Source of the DNA: Polyangiales bacterium
GTDB lineage: Bacteria; Myxococcota_A; Polyangia; Polyangiales; Houyiibacteriaceae
Assembly: GCA_045106895.1 (NCBI GenBank)
Contig: JBGCFM010000226.1
Coordinates: 1-20,002 of the forward strand
Length of the DNA: 20,002 bases
Reading direction: 5' to 3'
Shown: positions 1 to 8,810 of the stretch, one piece after another
How positions within the stretch are numbered: position 1 is the first letter of the stretch
Layout of the letters: every line of letters begins with the position of its first letter
The notes under the pieces: generated by a model
Told to the model about the DNA's origin: nothing
The model's database searches: none
What the model saw: only the letters and a program-made list of their open reading frames with translations
Program-made: the position numbers and the translations under genes

Positions 1-1071
1 CACGAGGGTACCGACGGGGTCGCCCAAAACGAAGATGCCCTCCGTCGCGGCGATGCCCGCCATCAAGCGCTCACGGACTTCAAGAGCCTTCGACGTCAGC
101 TCGAGATACCCCTCTTCGCCGACGGCCATCAGCGTGGCCCACGCCGCGGCGATGGGACCTCCTGGTCGCGTCCCTGGAATGTTCGCCGACGCGTACACGC
201 CGCCGGGCCAGTCCGTGGCCACGAAGAACTGGTCCTTGAGGTAGTCCATGTCCGTGTACATGACGACGGAGGCGCCCTTCGCGGCGTAGCCATACTTGTG
301 CAAGTCAGCGGAGATGCTCGTCACGCCATCGACGCGGAAATCCCAAAGAGGCACCGTGCGGCCAAGCTTTTCGACCCAAGGCAGCATCAATCCACCAACG
401 CATGCATCCACGTGGAGTGGGATCTTCTTTCTGCGCGTGATCTCCGCCACCTCTTCGACAGGGTCGACGACCCCTTGGCAGTACTGCGGCGCGGAAACCA
501 CGACGGCGGCGGTGTTGCGGTTGATGAGTCGTTTGACGGCCCGAACATCGACGCGAAAGTCGTCCATGATCGGCGCTTTACGCAGCTTGATGCCGAAGTA
601 GTGAGCGGCCTTGTCGAAGGCTGGGTGCGCCGTCGTCGGGACGATGACCTCCGGGGTGATGACCCAGGGCTTCTTGCGCCGGCTCCTCTCCCGATAGGTG
701 TGCATCGCGAGGAGAATCGACTCCGTTCCGCCGGAGTTGATGGTGCCGACGGCACCTGGAGGGCCGTTGAGGAGCTTCCCCATCGCCGAGACAACGTCCG
801 TCTCAAAACGCTTCAGGCTCTTGAAGGCCATCGGGTTGAGGCCGTTCTCGCTGAAGAACTTGTTGTGCGCTTTCTTCAGGAACGCCGCGTGTTCTTCTCC
901 GGCGGAGTAGACGAGTGACCAAGTTCGGCCGCTCCGCCAGTCGGCGTCGCGATGCCGGAAGGACTCCATCTCCTCAAGAATGTCTTCCTTGTTGTAGCCG
1001 TGGGACGGAATGACGTTGGAAACGATAGCGCGATCGTTGGCGGGGCGGTCGTTGGTGGGCAGCTTAGGCAT
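1..1071 (-). CDS. PLP-dependent group II decarboxylase-fold enzyme, sphingosine-1-phosphate lyase-like (3' end runs off the window)
   Basis: Translated by hand from ATG at 1071, open to base 1: MPKLPTND...DADWRSGRTWSLVYSAG...FFSENGLNPMAFKSLKRFETDVV...GTINSGGTESILLA...AHPAFDKAAHYFG...SAPQYCQGVVDP...LHVDACVGG...DFRVDGVTSISADLHKYGYAAKGAS...WPGGVYAS...GTRPGGPIAAAWA. These are hallmark SPL-family motifs; the PLP lysine codon is at 295-297. Confidence 0.88.
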   Translation of the reverse strand, partial: MPKLPTNDRPANDRAIVSNVIPSHGYNKEDILEEMESFRHRDADWRSGRTWSLVYSAGEEHAAFLKKAHNKFFSENGLNPMAFKSLKRFETDVVSAMGKLLNGPPGAVGTINSGGTESILLAMHTYRERSRRKKPWVITPEVIVPTTAHPAFDKAAHYFGIKLRKAPIMDDFRVDVRAVKRLINRNTAAVVVSAPQYCQGVVDPVEEVAEITRRKKIPLHVDACVGGLMLPWVEKLGRTVPLWDFRVDGVTSISADLHKYGYAAKGASVVMYTDMDYLKDQFFVATDWPGGVYASANIPGTRPGGPIAAAWATLMAVGEEGYLELTSKALEVRERLMAGIAATEGIFVLGDPVGTLV

Positions 1072-2059
1072 TGGGCGACTCCAGGCCGAAGAGGTCGGCG
1101 GCGTTTTTCCAGAGGATGGGATGACGTTGGTGCTCACGCCCTTCGGTGGCGTGAAGGATCTTTAGGACGCTGACGCCCTGGTGATAGAACGGCCAATCGG
1201 AGCCGTTGATGATTCGCTCCGGCGGAACGTTGTCCAGGATGTAGCGCATCGCGACAAGCCCCTGGCACGAGAGCTCCACGTAGACGTTCTCGTACATATT
1301 CGGCAGCTTCGTGGCCATCTCGTACTGAAGCGCGCCGCTGTGACCCAAAACGAAATTCGTCTGAGGAAGATCGTGGATCGGCTGCCAGTAGTTCTTGACC
1401 CAGCAGCGCCTATCCGCCCGCGCACCGACGATGCCGACGGGCCCGCAGTGCCACACCACGGGGATGCCGAGCTCACCGCAGAGCTCATACATACGCATCG
1501 CTTTCGGGTGGTCCGGGCGAAGCTGCTGCACCGCAGGGTGCATTTTGTACGCGACGGCGCCTCGGGCGACGGCGTCGCGTAGGTTTCGCTCCGCGCCGGG
1601 GGCCATCGGATGAATGGCGGCGGCGGGGAGGAGTTTCTCGCAAGAGTCCCCGACGGTGATGTAGGCCTCGGTGTTCGCCGACGAGAACGGGAGATCGATG
1701 GCCAAGATGATCGAACGCTCGATGCCGAGCTGCGCCATGGAACGTTCGAGGGCTGGCCCCGTATGGGTGGCTCGCATTCCATCTTTTGAAAGGGACCCGA
1801 TGGAGAGGTCGTGGCGCATCTCTTTCATCGACCCCGAATCGAAGTTCTTGTTCATATACTCTTCGAGTTCGAAGGGTATCTCGGGGTCGAGGTAGAGGTT
1901 GGCCACCGCATCTGCTTGTAGGTCCACTCGGCCCGTTGGCACATACGTAAGCGCCAAATGCGAATGAATATCGAGGATGGGCCCGACGTTCTCTGAGAGA
2001 CGGTATTCGCCGTCTGCGTTGCGGGAGATGTATTTGCTTTCGCTGAGGCGCTGCTTCAC
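1064..2059 (-). CDS. Metal-dependent amidohydrolase (amidohydro_2-type TIM barrel)
   Basis: 331-aa ORF with DIHSH (HxH), YKMHP, VWHCG, LGHSG, YVELS and NGSDWPF motifs and a C-terminal NAADLFGL. It overlaps the SPL-like gene by 8 nt (ATGCCTAA). Confidence 0.85.
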   Translation of the reverse strand: MKQRLSESKYISRNADGEYRLSENVGPILDIHSHLALTYVPTGRVDLQADAVANLYLDPEIPFELEEYMNKNFDSGSMKEMRHDLSIGSLSKDGMRATHTGPALERSMAQLGIERSIILAIDLPFSSANTEAYITVGDSCEKLLPAAAIHPMAPGAERNLRDAVARGAVAYKMHPAVQQLRPDHPKAMRMYELCGELGIPVVWHCGPVGIVGARADRRCWVKNYWQPIHDLPQTNFVLGHSGALQYEMATKLPNMYENVYVELSCQGLVAMRYILDNVPPERIINGSDWPFYHQGVSVLKILHATEGREHQRHPILWKNAADLFGLESPNA

Positions 2060-2074
2060 GCGAGGACTCTACCA
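2060..2074 (-). promoter_or_regulatory. Extended -10 promoter element, probable leaderless start of the amidohydrolase
   Basis: Minus strand reads TGg-TAGAGT-cctcgc-GTG(2059); no SD sequence. Confidence 0.5.
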
Positions 2075-2138
2075 GCAAATGCCCCCTTCATTTCAGATGA
2101 TCCGACGGACCCCGCGCTCTGGCCCGCCTCAAGCTCCG

Positions 2139-2153
2139 TGCTACGCTAAGCGC
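2139..2153 (+). promoter_or_regulatory. Extended -10 promoter element, probable leaderless start of the small exported protein
   Basis: TGc-TACGCT-aagcgc-GTG(2154); no SD sequence. Confidence 0.5.
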
Positions 2154-2513
2154 GTGAGTTCCAAGCGCCCACTTTCGACCTTCGGAATCATCCTCGCCCT
2201 CCTCCTCAGCGGCGGGATGGGCTTCTACGCGTCCACGGCGGATGCCTGCCCTCGGTGCAATCGCGAGGGGTTTCAGGTGAGCATCATCGAAGGCGCCTTC
2301 GAGCACTTTCATCCCATCACCCGCACTCTTCGAGTGCTCGTGGAGAGCAGCGAAGGCAGCTACCAGGAGTCGATACTCGTCCCCGGCAGCGTTCGGCCTC
2401 GGCGTGGCGATGAAATATTGCGGTGGAGCCAGATCGACCGAGGCGCGAGCGTCGAAGTCGAAGTCGAAGAGTCCGGGCTCGAGCGGCAGGTCACCGCCGT
2501 CCGGCTCCAGTAG
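2154..2513 (+). CDS. Small exported protein (119 aa) with N-terminal CPxC motif and a possible OB-fold-like beta domain
   Basis: The 3' part of ORF 1977..2513 from GTG 2154 reads MSSKRPLSTFGIILALLLSGGMGFYASTADA|CPRC..., a signal peptide with an AxA site, followed by alternating beta-strand patterns (TLRVLVE, GASVEVEVE, VTAVRLQ). Confidence 0.65.
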   Translation: MSSKRPLSTFGIILALLLSGGMGFYASTADACPRCNREGFQVSIIEGAFEHFHPITRTLRVLVESSEGSYQESILVPGSVRPRRGDEILRWSQIDRGASVEVEVEESGLERQVTAVRLQ

Positions 2514-2519
2514 CGCTGC

Positions 2520-3698
2520 TTACTCTTCCTCTTCCTCACAGAGGTCCGGCGGAAGCACACCCATCGCCAGGCTGCCGAGGCGAGCCGGAGCGATATTCCA
2601 TTCTACGCCCGCGCTCATCGCGTCACACGGGACGCCGTTGTCGTCGCTCGGGCGAGAGAGGACGTCGGCGAGGGTGTCGATTCGACGCGCAAGGATGTCG
2701 TACTGCGGGGTGCCTGGGCAGATGCCTAGCGTTCGTGCGGACTGAAGCATCTCTTGAATCTTCCAACGTCCCGAGAGCTGAGCGCGACCGCTCATTTCCG
2801 TCCCCTCGCCAATCCCGACGACGAGCCTGGCGTCCGTCAGCTTGACGCTGATGCCGATAGCGGCGGACGCGAAGTTAAACGGGACGTTGTCTTCGAGGGC
2901 AACGACGAGAACGCCGTTCGTGACGTAGGCATCATTGGCGAGGACCACCGGCGTCTCTGGGTCGCCATCGTAGAAGTTCTCTTCGCGGGGGAAGAGCCAG
3001 TCGTTGCCGTCCCAGGTTGGGAACGGTTTCCGTGTCATTCCGTCGAGCTCGTAGGCGCCAAGCTCCACGACGGTGTGCTCCGAGGGCTCCGTCTCGTCCG
3101 CTGTGCCGGCGAAACCGTAGACCGATTGCAGCACGGCAACCTCCACGCGAGGGTCGTTCGCTTCGCCGTTGTAGCCTCGGACCCGCAAGACAAGAGCGCC
3201 GGTACCTTGGGTGCTGGCCTCGCGTGCGGTCTGGTCAAGCTCCGGCGCCGTTGCGTTGACGAGGTCAAAGAAAGCTCCGCCGAAGGCGTTGTCGATGCCG
3301 CCCTCGCCATCGATCTGAGGAGCCGACTCCTCTTCCCGCGGCTGGCATTCGACGAGGGGTACGGGAGGAAGCGAGCAGAGACCATCGAGGTTTCGCCCGA
3401 TGGTTCGCCAACGTCCGCCGTCCTGCCGGAGCGTCAGCTCATGGAGGCCAATGACCCGTTCATCGCCGGACGTGTCCACGCCGTCGGGACGCTGGGGGAA
3501 AACCATCCCTTCGCCATCGCAGCCGTTCTCGATTGGAGGTCCGCCGGCGTCAAACACATCGACGGCTGCCGGTACATCCGGCAACTCGGGAACGTCAGGC
3601 GCTCCTGCCTCCATGTCTTCCAGCTCTTCGACCAAAGAGGGGTCGAAGACCTTGCAGGCCGTGAGCAGGACGAGGAGTGAGAGAGAAAGGCAGCGCAC
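2520..3698 (-). CDS. Acidic Cys-rich lipoprotein of unknown function (myxobacterial-type hypothetical protein)
   Basis: GGAGG lies just upstream of GTG 3698; N-terminus MRCLSLSLLVLLTAC has lipobox LTAC. Six further cysteines, motifs GRNLDGLC and IDGEGGIDNAFG, acidic tail CEEEEE. Confidence 0.75.
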   Translation of the reverse strand: MRCLSLSLLVLLTACKVFDPSLVEELEDMEAGAPDVPELPDVPAAVDVFDAGGPPIENGCDGEGMVFPQRPDGVDTSGDERVIGLHELTLRQDGGRWRTIGRNLDGLCSLPPVPLVECQPREEESAPQIDGEGGIDNAFGGAFFDLVNATAPELDQTAREASTQGTGALVLRVRGYNGEANDPRVEVAVLQSVYGFAGTADETEPSEHTVVELGAYELDGMTRKPFPTWDGNDWLFPREENFYDGDPETPVVLANDAYVTNGVLVVALEDNVPFNFASAAIGISVKLTDARLVVGIGEGTEMSGRAQLSGRWKIQEMLQSARTLGICPGTPQYDILARRIDTLADVLSRPSDDNGVPCDAMSAGVEWNIAPARLGSLAMGVLPPDLCEEEEE

Positions 3699-3782
3699 CG
3701 TGCCTCCAGTGTAGATCAACTGGTCGCAAACGTCTCGTTTCGCAACGAATCGGCCCGCCGCCCGTAGAGAAAGCCCTTCCGC

Positions 3783-5417
3783 TCAGCCGGCACGAAGCTT
3801 CTGAAGCAGGTCTTGCACACGTGGTTCGGCTCGAAAGGCCGCCCCGAGGGTCTGAGCGTGACGAATAAGCCGCTCCTCGATGGAAGCTCGTTCGCGGCCA
3901 TTTTCCGTCAACGCACGCGTCGCATCTGCCCGAGCCGTGGCTCTCTCCGCTTCCAGCCGGTCCAGTCGCTCTCGAAGCGCCGCGAGCTGAAATGCGAGGT
4001 CTGTCTCGCCCGAGGCCTGGTGCGCCTCAAGCCACTTTCGGTAGTGACCCCGTGCATCCGCGAGCACATCCAAGGACTCCGGGACCGGCGCGTCCGGGCT
4101 GTTGCGGTCGAGATCGATGAGCTGGGCGAGAGCGCTTTGATACGCCCGGGCGTGCTCGACGCCACGTTTTCTCTCCCGGGCCCGAGAAAGATCCTTCGCG
4201 AGCGTCTCCACCGCGTGGCCGACGCGCTCACGATCTCTATTCATCGACTCCGAGTGGTCGACCATGCCTCGTTCGATCTTCGCGCCTTCTTGTTGAAGCG
4301 CCATGAGTCGACCGAGACTCGCGTGAAACTCCGCCAACGTCTCTCCAAGATCGCTTGGGGGTGCGTCGCCGTAAATGCGCTCGACCATCTCCCGGTAGAG
4401 CTTCACCCGCGACTTCCAGCGCTCGATCGGCGAGGGAGTCGCCGTTCGGCTTTCCGTCGTGAACACGGACACACGACGAACCCGCTTCGCGCCGTCGCTG
4501 GCCATCTCGCTGAGGCGGGCGACGACCACATGAGCGTCCGATGGTCGCGCGTCAGCGTCCTTCGCGAGGAGTTCGTTGACGAGCTCGTCGAAGGCGGGAG
4601 GGCAGTCTGCAATACGGTCGCGCAAGCGCGGCGGCGGCGTCTCCAGGTGGTGCAAAATGTAGCCCGCAAGTGACTCGGATTCGAACGGGAGCGAGCCCGT
4701 CGCAGCCTCGAAAAGCACAACGCCGAGGGAGTAGAGGTCCGAACGCATGATCACACGCTCGCGGTCCCGCAGGCGCTCCGGCGCCATATAGCGCGGGCTG
4801 CCGATGATATCTCCGCCCGTCAGACGCGAGTCGTTGAGCGCCAGCGAGATGCCGAAGTCGACGATCTTGACGACGGGTTGCCGGTCGTCGCTCATGCAGA
4901 CGAAGAGGTTCTCCGGCTTGATGTCTCGGTGAACAACATCGAAGTCGTGAGCGCGACTGAGTCCGCGAGCGCACTGGAGACCGAGGCCGACAAGCTCGCG
5001 TATGGGAATCGCTCTGCGTCGCTGAATCACCTGGTCGAGGGGCTTCCCATTGAGCAGCTCCATGGCGATATACGGAACGTTGTCCACTGTCTGACCGACG
5101 TCGTACACCTCGACGATGTTGGGGTGCGCGAGCTGCGCCGTGCTCGCCGCTTCTCGTTCGACGCGCTCCCGAGCGTTCGCGTCGTGGGCGAAACGCTCAT
5201 GCATCACCTTGATGGCGATGTCGTTGCCAACGCGCCATTGATGAGCCCGGTAGACCGTCGCCATTCCGCCACGGCCGATCACCTCTTCGATGCGAAAACG
5301 ACCGCTCAGCTCCGACCCGATTCGCGGATCGGTGAGCTCGACAAGCGCAGTGCCATCAACGAGGCAATGGTTCTCGTCGCCGGTGTAGCGCAGTCGGCAT
5401 GTTGGACAGGTTTTCAT
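3783..5417 (-). CDS. Cytoplasmic Ser/Thr protein kinase with N-terminal Zn-ribbon-like motif and C-terminal coiled coil
   Basis: CPTC-x10-CLVDG N-terminus; IGRGGMATVY, AIKV, HRDIKPEN, DFG, YMAPE, SDLYSLG; helical heptad-rich C-terminal ~210 aa; no TM segment. Confidence 0.92.
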   Translation of the reverse strand: MKTCPTCRLRYTGDENHCLVDGTALVELTDPRIGSELSGRFRIEEVIGRGGMATVYRAHQWRVGNDIAIKVMHERFAHDANARERVEREAASTAQLAHPNIVEVYDVGQTVDNVPYIAMELLNGKPLDQVIQRRRAIPIRELVGLGLQCARGLSRAHDFDVVHRDIKPENLFVCMSDDRQPVVKIVDFGISLALNDSRLTGGDIIGSPRYMAPERLRDRERVIMRSDLYSLGVVLFEAATGSLPFESESLAGYILHHLETPPPRLRDRIADCPPAFDELVNELLAKDADARPSDAHVVVARLSEMASDGAKRVRRVSVFTTESRTATPSPIERWKSRVKLYREMVERIYGDAPPSDLGETLAEFHASLGRLMALQQEGAKIERGMVDHSESMNRDRERVGHAVETLAKDLSRARERKRGVEHARAYQSALAQLIDLDRNSPDAPVPESLDVLADARGHYRKWLEAHQASGETDLAFQLAALRERLDRLEAERATARADATRALTENGRERASIEERLIRHAQTLGAAFRAEPRVQDLLQKLRAG

Positions 5418-5499
5418 TCCCCGTGGAGAACTTTAGGACGCATCACGCGCAGCCGTCTAGTGCCGATGAAGCAGCGGCGTGATGCTGGCTCCCGAGAGC

Positions 5500-6117
5500 T
5501 CAGGCCCCGGCGGCCCCAATACGCTGAAGCAAGATGGCGCAGGCGTTGGCACGGTGACTCAGACGGTTCTTCTCCGCCAAGCCGAGCTCCGCCATTGTCT
5601 GCTCCCGTCCCACCGGCTGAAACACAGGGTCGTAGCCAAAACCGCTGCTTCCCCGGCGTTCGCGGGTAATTTCACCCTCCACACGCCCGCTACCTTCATA
5701 GACGACCTCCCCACTCGGCGTCACCAAGGCAAGGCAACACATGAAGCGTGCGCTGCGCGGGCCGTCGATGGCATCGAGAGCTTTGAGCAGCTTGTCGACG
5801 TTCTCCTCGTCGCTCGCTCCCTCCCCCGCATAGCGAGCGGAATAGACGCCTGGCGCACCGCCGAGGGCGTCGACGACGAGCCCGCTGTCATCGGCGAGGC
5901 AGGGAAGCCCCAAGATCGCAGCGGCGTGTCGCGCCTTCTTGAGTGCGTTTCCTTCGAAGGTGTCGGCGTCCTCGACGGCGGCCTCGAAGGGGTCGTAGGC
6001 ATCAAGCCCATCGATGCGTACGTTCGTCTCTTTCAAAAGCTCACGGAACTCGACGACCTTTCCAGCGTTACCGGTGGCGACGACGAAGTGCGGGGGGAGT
6101 TGAGTCATATCGTTCAT
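5500..6117 (-). CDS. rdgB: RdgB/HAM1 non-canonical purine NTP pyrophosphatase (dITP/XTP)
   Basis: ATGNAGKVVE, EDADTFEGNALKKA, ADDSGLVVDALGGAPGVYSARY, GFGYDPVF, EKNRLSHR; directly downstream of rph, the usual synteny. Start may be 6108. Confidence 0.96.
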   Translation of the reverse strand: MNDMTQLPPHFVVATGNAGKVVEFRELLKETNVRIDGLDAYDPFEAAVEDADTFEGNALKKARHAAAILGLPCLADDSGLVVDALGGAPGVYSARYAGEGASDEENVDKLLKALDAIDGPRSARFMCCLALVTPSGEVVYEGSGRVEGEITRERRGSSGFGYDPVFQPVGREQTMAELGLAEKNRLSHRANACAILLQRIGAAGA

Positions 6118-6135
6118 TTCCGTGGATTTCGAAAA

Positions 6136-6888
6136 CTAGCAAAGCGCCGCGAGGTCAGCGCCGGCGGCGGCGATGGCTTCGGACTGCTTCGTGGAGAGTT
6201 CCTCCATGGCGCCGAGGCCTAGGTCCAAGAGCGTGTCGATGGTCGCGCGGGGCACCGGGGCGCCTTCAGCGGTGCCTTGAATCTCGACGACATCGCCAGC
6301 TTTCGACGCTACCACGTTGAGGTCCAGCTCGGCGTCGCGGTCTTCGAGGTAGCAGAGGTCGACGAGGGGGCGCCCAAGAGAGAGTCCAACGCTGATGGCA
6401 GCGACCTGCGCGCGGATCACTTTGGAGCCGATGAGGCCTCGCGCCTTGAGGTGGTGAAGCGCGAGCGCCGTCGCCACGAACCCGGCGGTGATAGAAGCGG
6501 TGCGTGTGCCGCCGTCCGCGTCGATGACGTCGCAGTCGAGGGTGATGGTTCGCTCGCCGATGCGAGAGAGGTCCACCGCCGCGCGCAACGAGCGACCGAT
6601 GAGCCGCTGAATCTCCGCCGTGCGGCCACCGATGCTGCCATTGCGCCCTTCTCGTCGTGAGCGCCCAAGCCCCGCGCGTGGGTGCATCGCGTACTCCGCC
6701 GTGAGCCAGCCCTTTCCGCTTCCGCGCATCCAGCTGGGGCCACCTTCGGTGACGGACGCGCTGACGAGGACTTTGGTGCCTCCGCAGGTGTACAGAACCG
6801 AGCCCTCCGGGTTCGTCATCACCCCGGTTTCAATGGTGATGGGGCGGAGGGCGTCGTCGCTTCGGGCGTCGGGGCGAGGCTGAGTCAT
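6136..6888 (-). CDS. rph: Ribonuclease PH
   Basis: GWLTAEYAMHPRA, GRTAEIQRLIGRSLRA, DCDVIDADGGTRTASIT, DLCYLED, EIQGTAEG. Confidence 0.97.
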   Translation of the reverse strand: MTQPRPDARSDDALRPITIETGVMTNPEGSVLYTCGGTKVLVSASVTEGGPSWMRGSGKGWLTAEYAMHPRAGLGRSRREGRNGSIGGRTAEIQRLIGRSLRAAVDLSRIGERTITLDCDVIDADGGTRTASITAGFVATALALHHLKARGLIGSKVIRAQVAAISVGLSLGRPLVDLCYLEDRDAELDLNVVASKAGDVVEIQGTAEGAPVPRATIDTLLDLGLGAMEELSTKQSEAIAAAGADLAALC

Positions 6889-6922
6889 GGCGGGAGAGTA
6901 CGAACGCCACGGTGAAGCGCAA
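6889..6922 (-). promoter_or_regulatory. Sigma70-type promoter for rph, probably leaderless
   Basis: Minus strand TTGCGC-N16-TACTCT-cccgcc-ATG(6888). Confidence 0.5.
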
Positions 6923-6927
6923 GGGTC

Positions 6928-8805
6928 TTAGGAGGCCTTTGAATCGACCGTCGAATCCTCTACCCAGGCCGGCCACCAGAGGACGAAGCGCGTGCCCGCC
7001 TGACCGTCAGCGTTCTGACATTTGATGGTGCCGCCGTGGGCGTTGACGATCTGTAGCGTGAGCGGCAAACCGAGGCCCGTTCCGCTCTTCTTCGTCGTGA
7101 AGAAGAGATCGAAGACGTGCACTTGGTCGTCAACGGAGATCCCCACTCCGTCATCTTCCACGCTCACCTCGACGCCGTCCCGTAGCGCACGCGCGCGAAG
7201 CCAGAGATTGGTGCCGCCGGCCTCGCGCCCGTTTCGCAAGATGTTCAGGAGCGCTTGCCGCATCTGCGCTTCGTCGAGCCCCACGGGCGGCAGCCCTTCA
7301 TCGACCTCGAGGTGAAGCTCGACGCCACTCATCTCCATCTCGCGGCGAACAAAGTTCGAAATCGACAAGAGAAAGTCCCCAACTTCTTCGGCCTCAATAC
7401 GAGGATCCGGCACGCGCGCGAGGCTCAAGTATTCATCCGTGACAACGCGCAAACGCTCGATCTCTTTTTGAATTGCTTGCATCAATGCGCGGGCCTCGCC
7501 GGCTTCGTTCGGCAGCTCGTCCTCGAGCATCTCGACGTTCAGACCGATGCTTGAGAGCGGGTTTCGCACTTCGTGCGTGACATGGGCGGCCATGCGTCCG
7601 ATGGCGGCCAAGCGCTCCGTGTCGATGAGGCGGCTCTTCGTCTCCAGCGCTTCGGTGACGTCGTCGGCGACAATGAGCACGCGAGGGTCACCTGGGTCCC
7701 CGAGCGGAGTCGCGACGACATCCACGTAACGCTGAGGTGAAGTCCCTTCGAGCTCTTGGGCTTCCAAAACCGCGCCGGGCTCGCCCTTGCGGACTCGTTT
7801 CACGGCATCGCCCAACCCTGGAAGAGATGCGAGAACACCTGCCGCGTCGAGGGTCGTGCCCGGCTCAACTCCCTCCACGGCGAGCACGCCCGGCGCCGCG
7901 CGATTGACGCTGCGCACGCTGTCCCCTTCGTCCACCACCATGACCGCGGCGCTCAGCCCATCCACGATCTGCTGCTGCAGGCGGTGGAGCTCGTCGAGTC
8001 GTTCGTCTCGCGCCGAGAGCGCGGCGACCATCGCCTCGAAGTCGATGGCGAGACGGCCCAGCTCGTCTTCCCGGCGTGAGATCGGCTCCTGCGGAGACAG
8101 GTCGCCCTTCCCAAGCGCAGCCACGCGTTCCTGCAGACGAGGCAGCGGCCCGAGCAGGCGCTGTGACCAAAAGGTCATGACGATGCCCAAGACGAAGGCG
8201 AGGATGGTCAGGATCCCCAGCACCAACGCCGACTGCTCTTCTTGCTCTTGAACGCTCGCGCTGATCCCGTTGATGCAGTGGAGCAGCGACGTGTAGGCGT
8301 CGCGAATCTTTAGGCCGACCTCGGCCTCTCGGGCGTTCACCTCGTCGGCGACGGCTCCGGCCTCTTCGCCGGCGTCCATGCGAAGGAGGACGTCGTCGTA
8401 GATCACCGCGAGCTCATCAAAACCGACGCGGACCTCCTCGAACGCGCTTCGTACGCTGACCAGGCCTTCTCCTCGGTCGACGCGAGCGGCAAAGCGTTCA
8501 GCGGTGCCTAGGTGATGCTCAATTCGGCGAAGCGTCGAAGGTCGGAAATGAAAGTTGGCCCGAAAGAGCTCCGCGGCTTCGAGGTCCCCTTCCATGGCGC
8601 GGATGACCGTCGGACGAAACACCGCCTGCTGCGACTTCGCCTCAATGAGGACTCGCGCCAACGGGAGGTACCCATTCTGGAGAAGTCCCAGGTCCCTCGA
8701 CGTACGGTTATGCTGCTGAACGCTCATCACCGCGACGGTGACGAAGCCGAGGGTCATCAAGGCAAACGCGAGGAAGATGCGCGTGGGTATGGAGAGTCGT
8801 CGCAC
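6928..8805 (-). CDS. Membrane sensor histidine kinase (2 TM, periplasmic helical domain, HAMP, PAS-like, HisKA, HATPase)
   Basis: Two hydrophobic segments; HAMP (REDELGRLAIDFEAMV); PAS-like (AVMVVDEGDSVRSVNRAA); H-box THEVRNPL; N-box LNILRNG; DDGVGI; FFTTK; GTGLGL. Confidence 0.93.
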   Translation of the reverse strand: MRRLSIPTRIFLAFALMTLGFVTVAVMSVQQHNRTSRDLGLLQNGYLPLARVLIEAKSQQAVFRPTVIRAMEGDLEAAELFRANFHFRPSTLRRIEHHLGTAERFAARVDRGEGLVSVRSAFEEVRVGFDELAVIYDDVLLRMDAGEEAGAVADEVNAREAEVGLKIRDAYTSLLHCINGISASVQEQEEQSALVLGILTILAFVLGIVMTFWSQRLLGPLPRLQERVAALGKGDLSPQEPISRREDELGRLAIDFEAMVAALSARDERLDELHRLQQQIVDGLSAAVMVVDEGDSVRSVNRAAPGVLAVEGVEPGTTLDAAGVLASLPGLGDAVKRVRKGEPGAVLEAQELEGTSPQRYVDVVATPLGDPGDPRVLIVADDVTEALETKSRLIDTERLAAIGRMAAHVTHEVRNPLSSIGLNVEMLEDELPNEAGEARALMQAIQKEIERLRVVTDEYLSLARVPDPRIEAEEVGDFLLSISNFVRREMEMSGVELHLEVDEGLPPVGLDEAQMRQALLNILRNGREAGGTNLWLRARALRDGVEVSVEDDGVGISVDDQVHVFDLFFTTKKSGTGLGLPLTLQIVNAHGGTIKCQNADGQAGTRFVLWWPAWVEDSTVDSKAS

Positions 8806-8810
8806 AGCGC

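Noticed and set aside
5418..5499. Possible tRNA or integration site downstream of rph-rdgB
   Set aside because: No cloverleaf or T-loop motif, no integrase and no direct repeats in the 82-bp gap.
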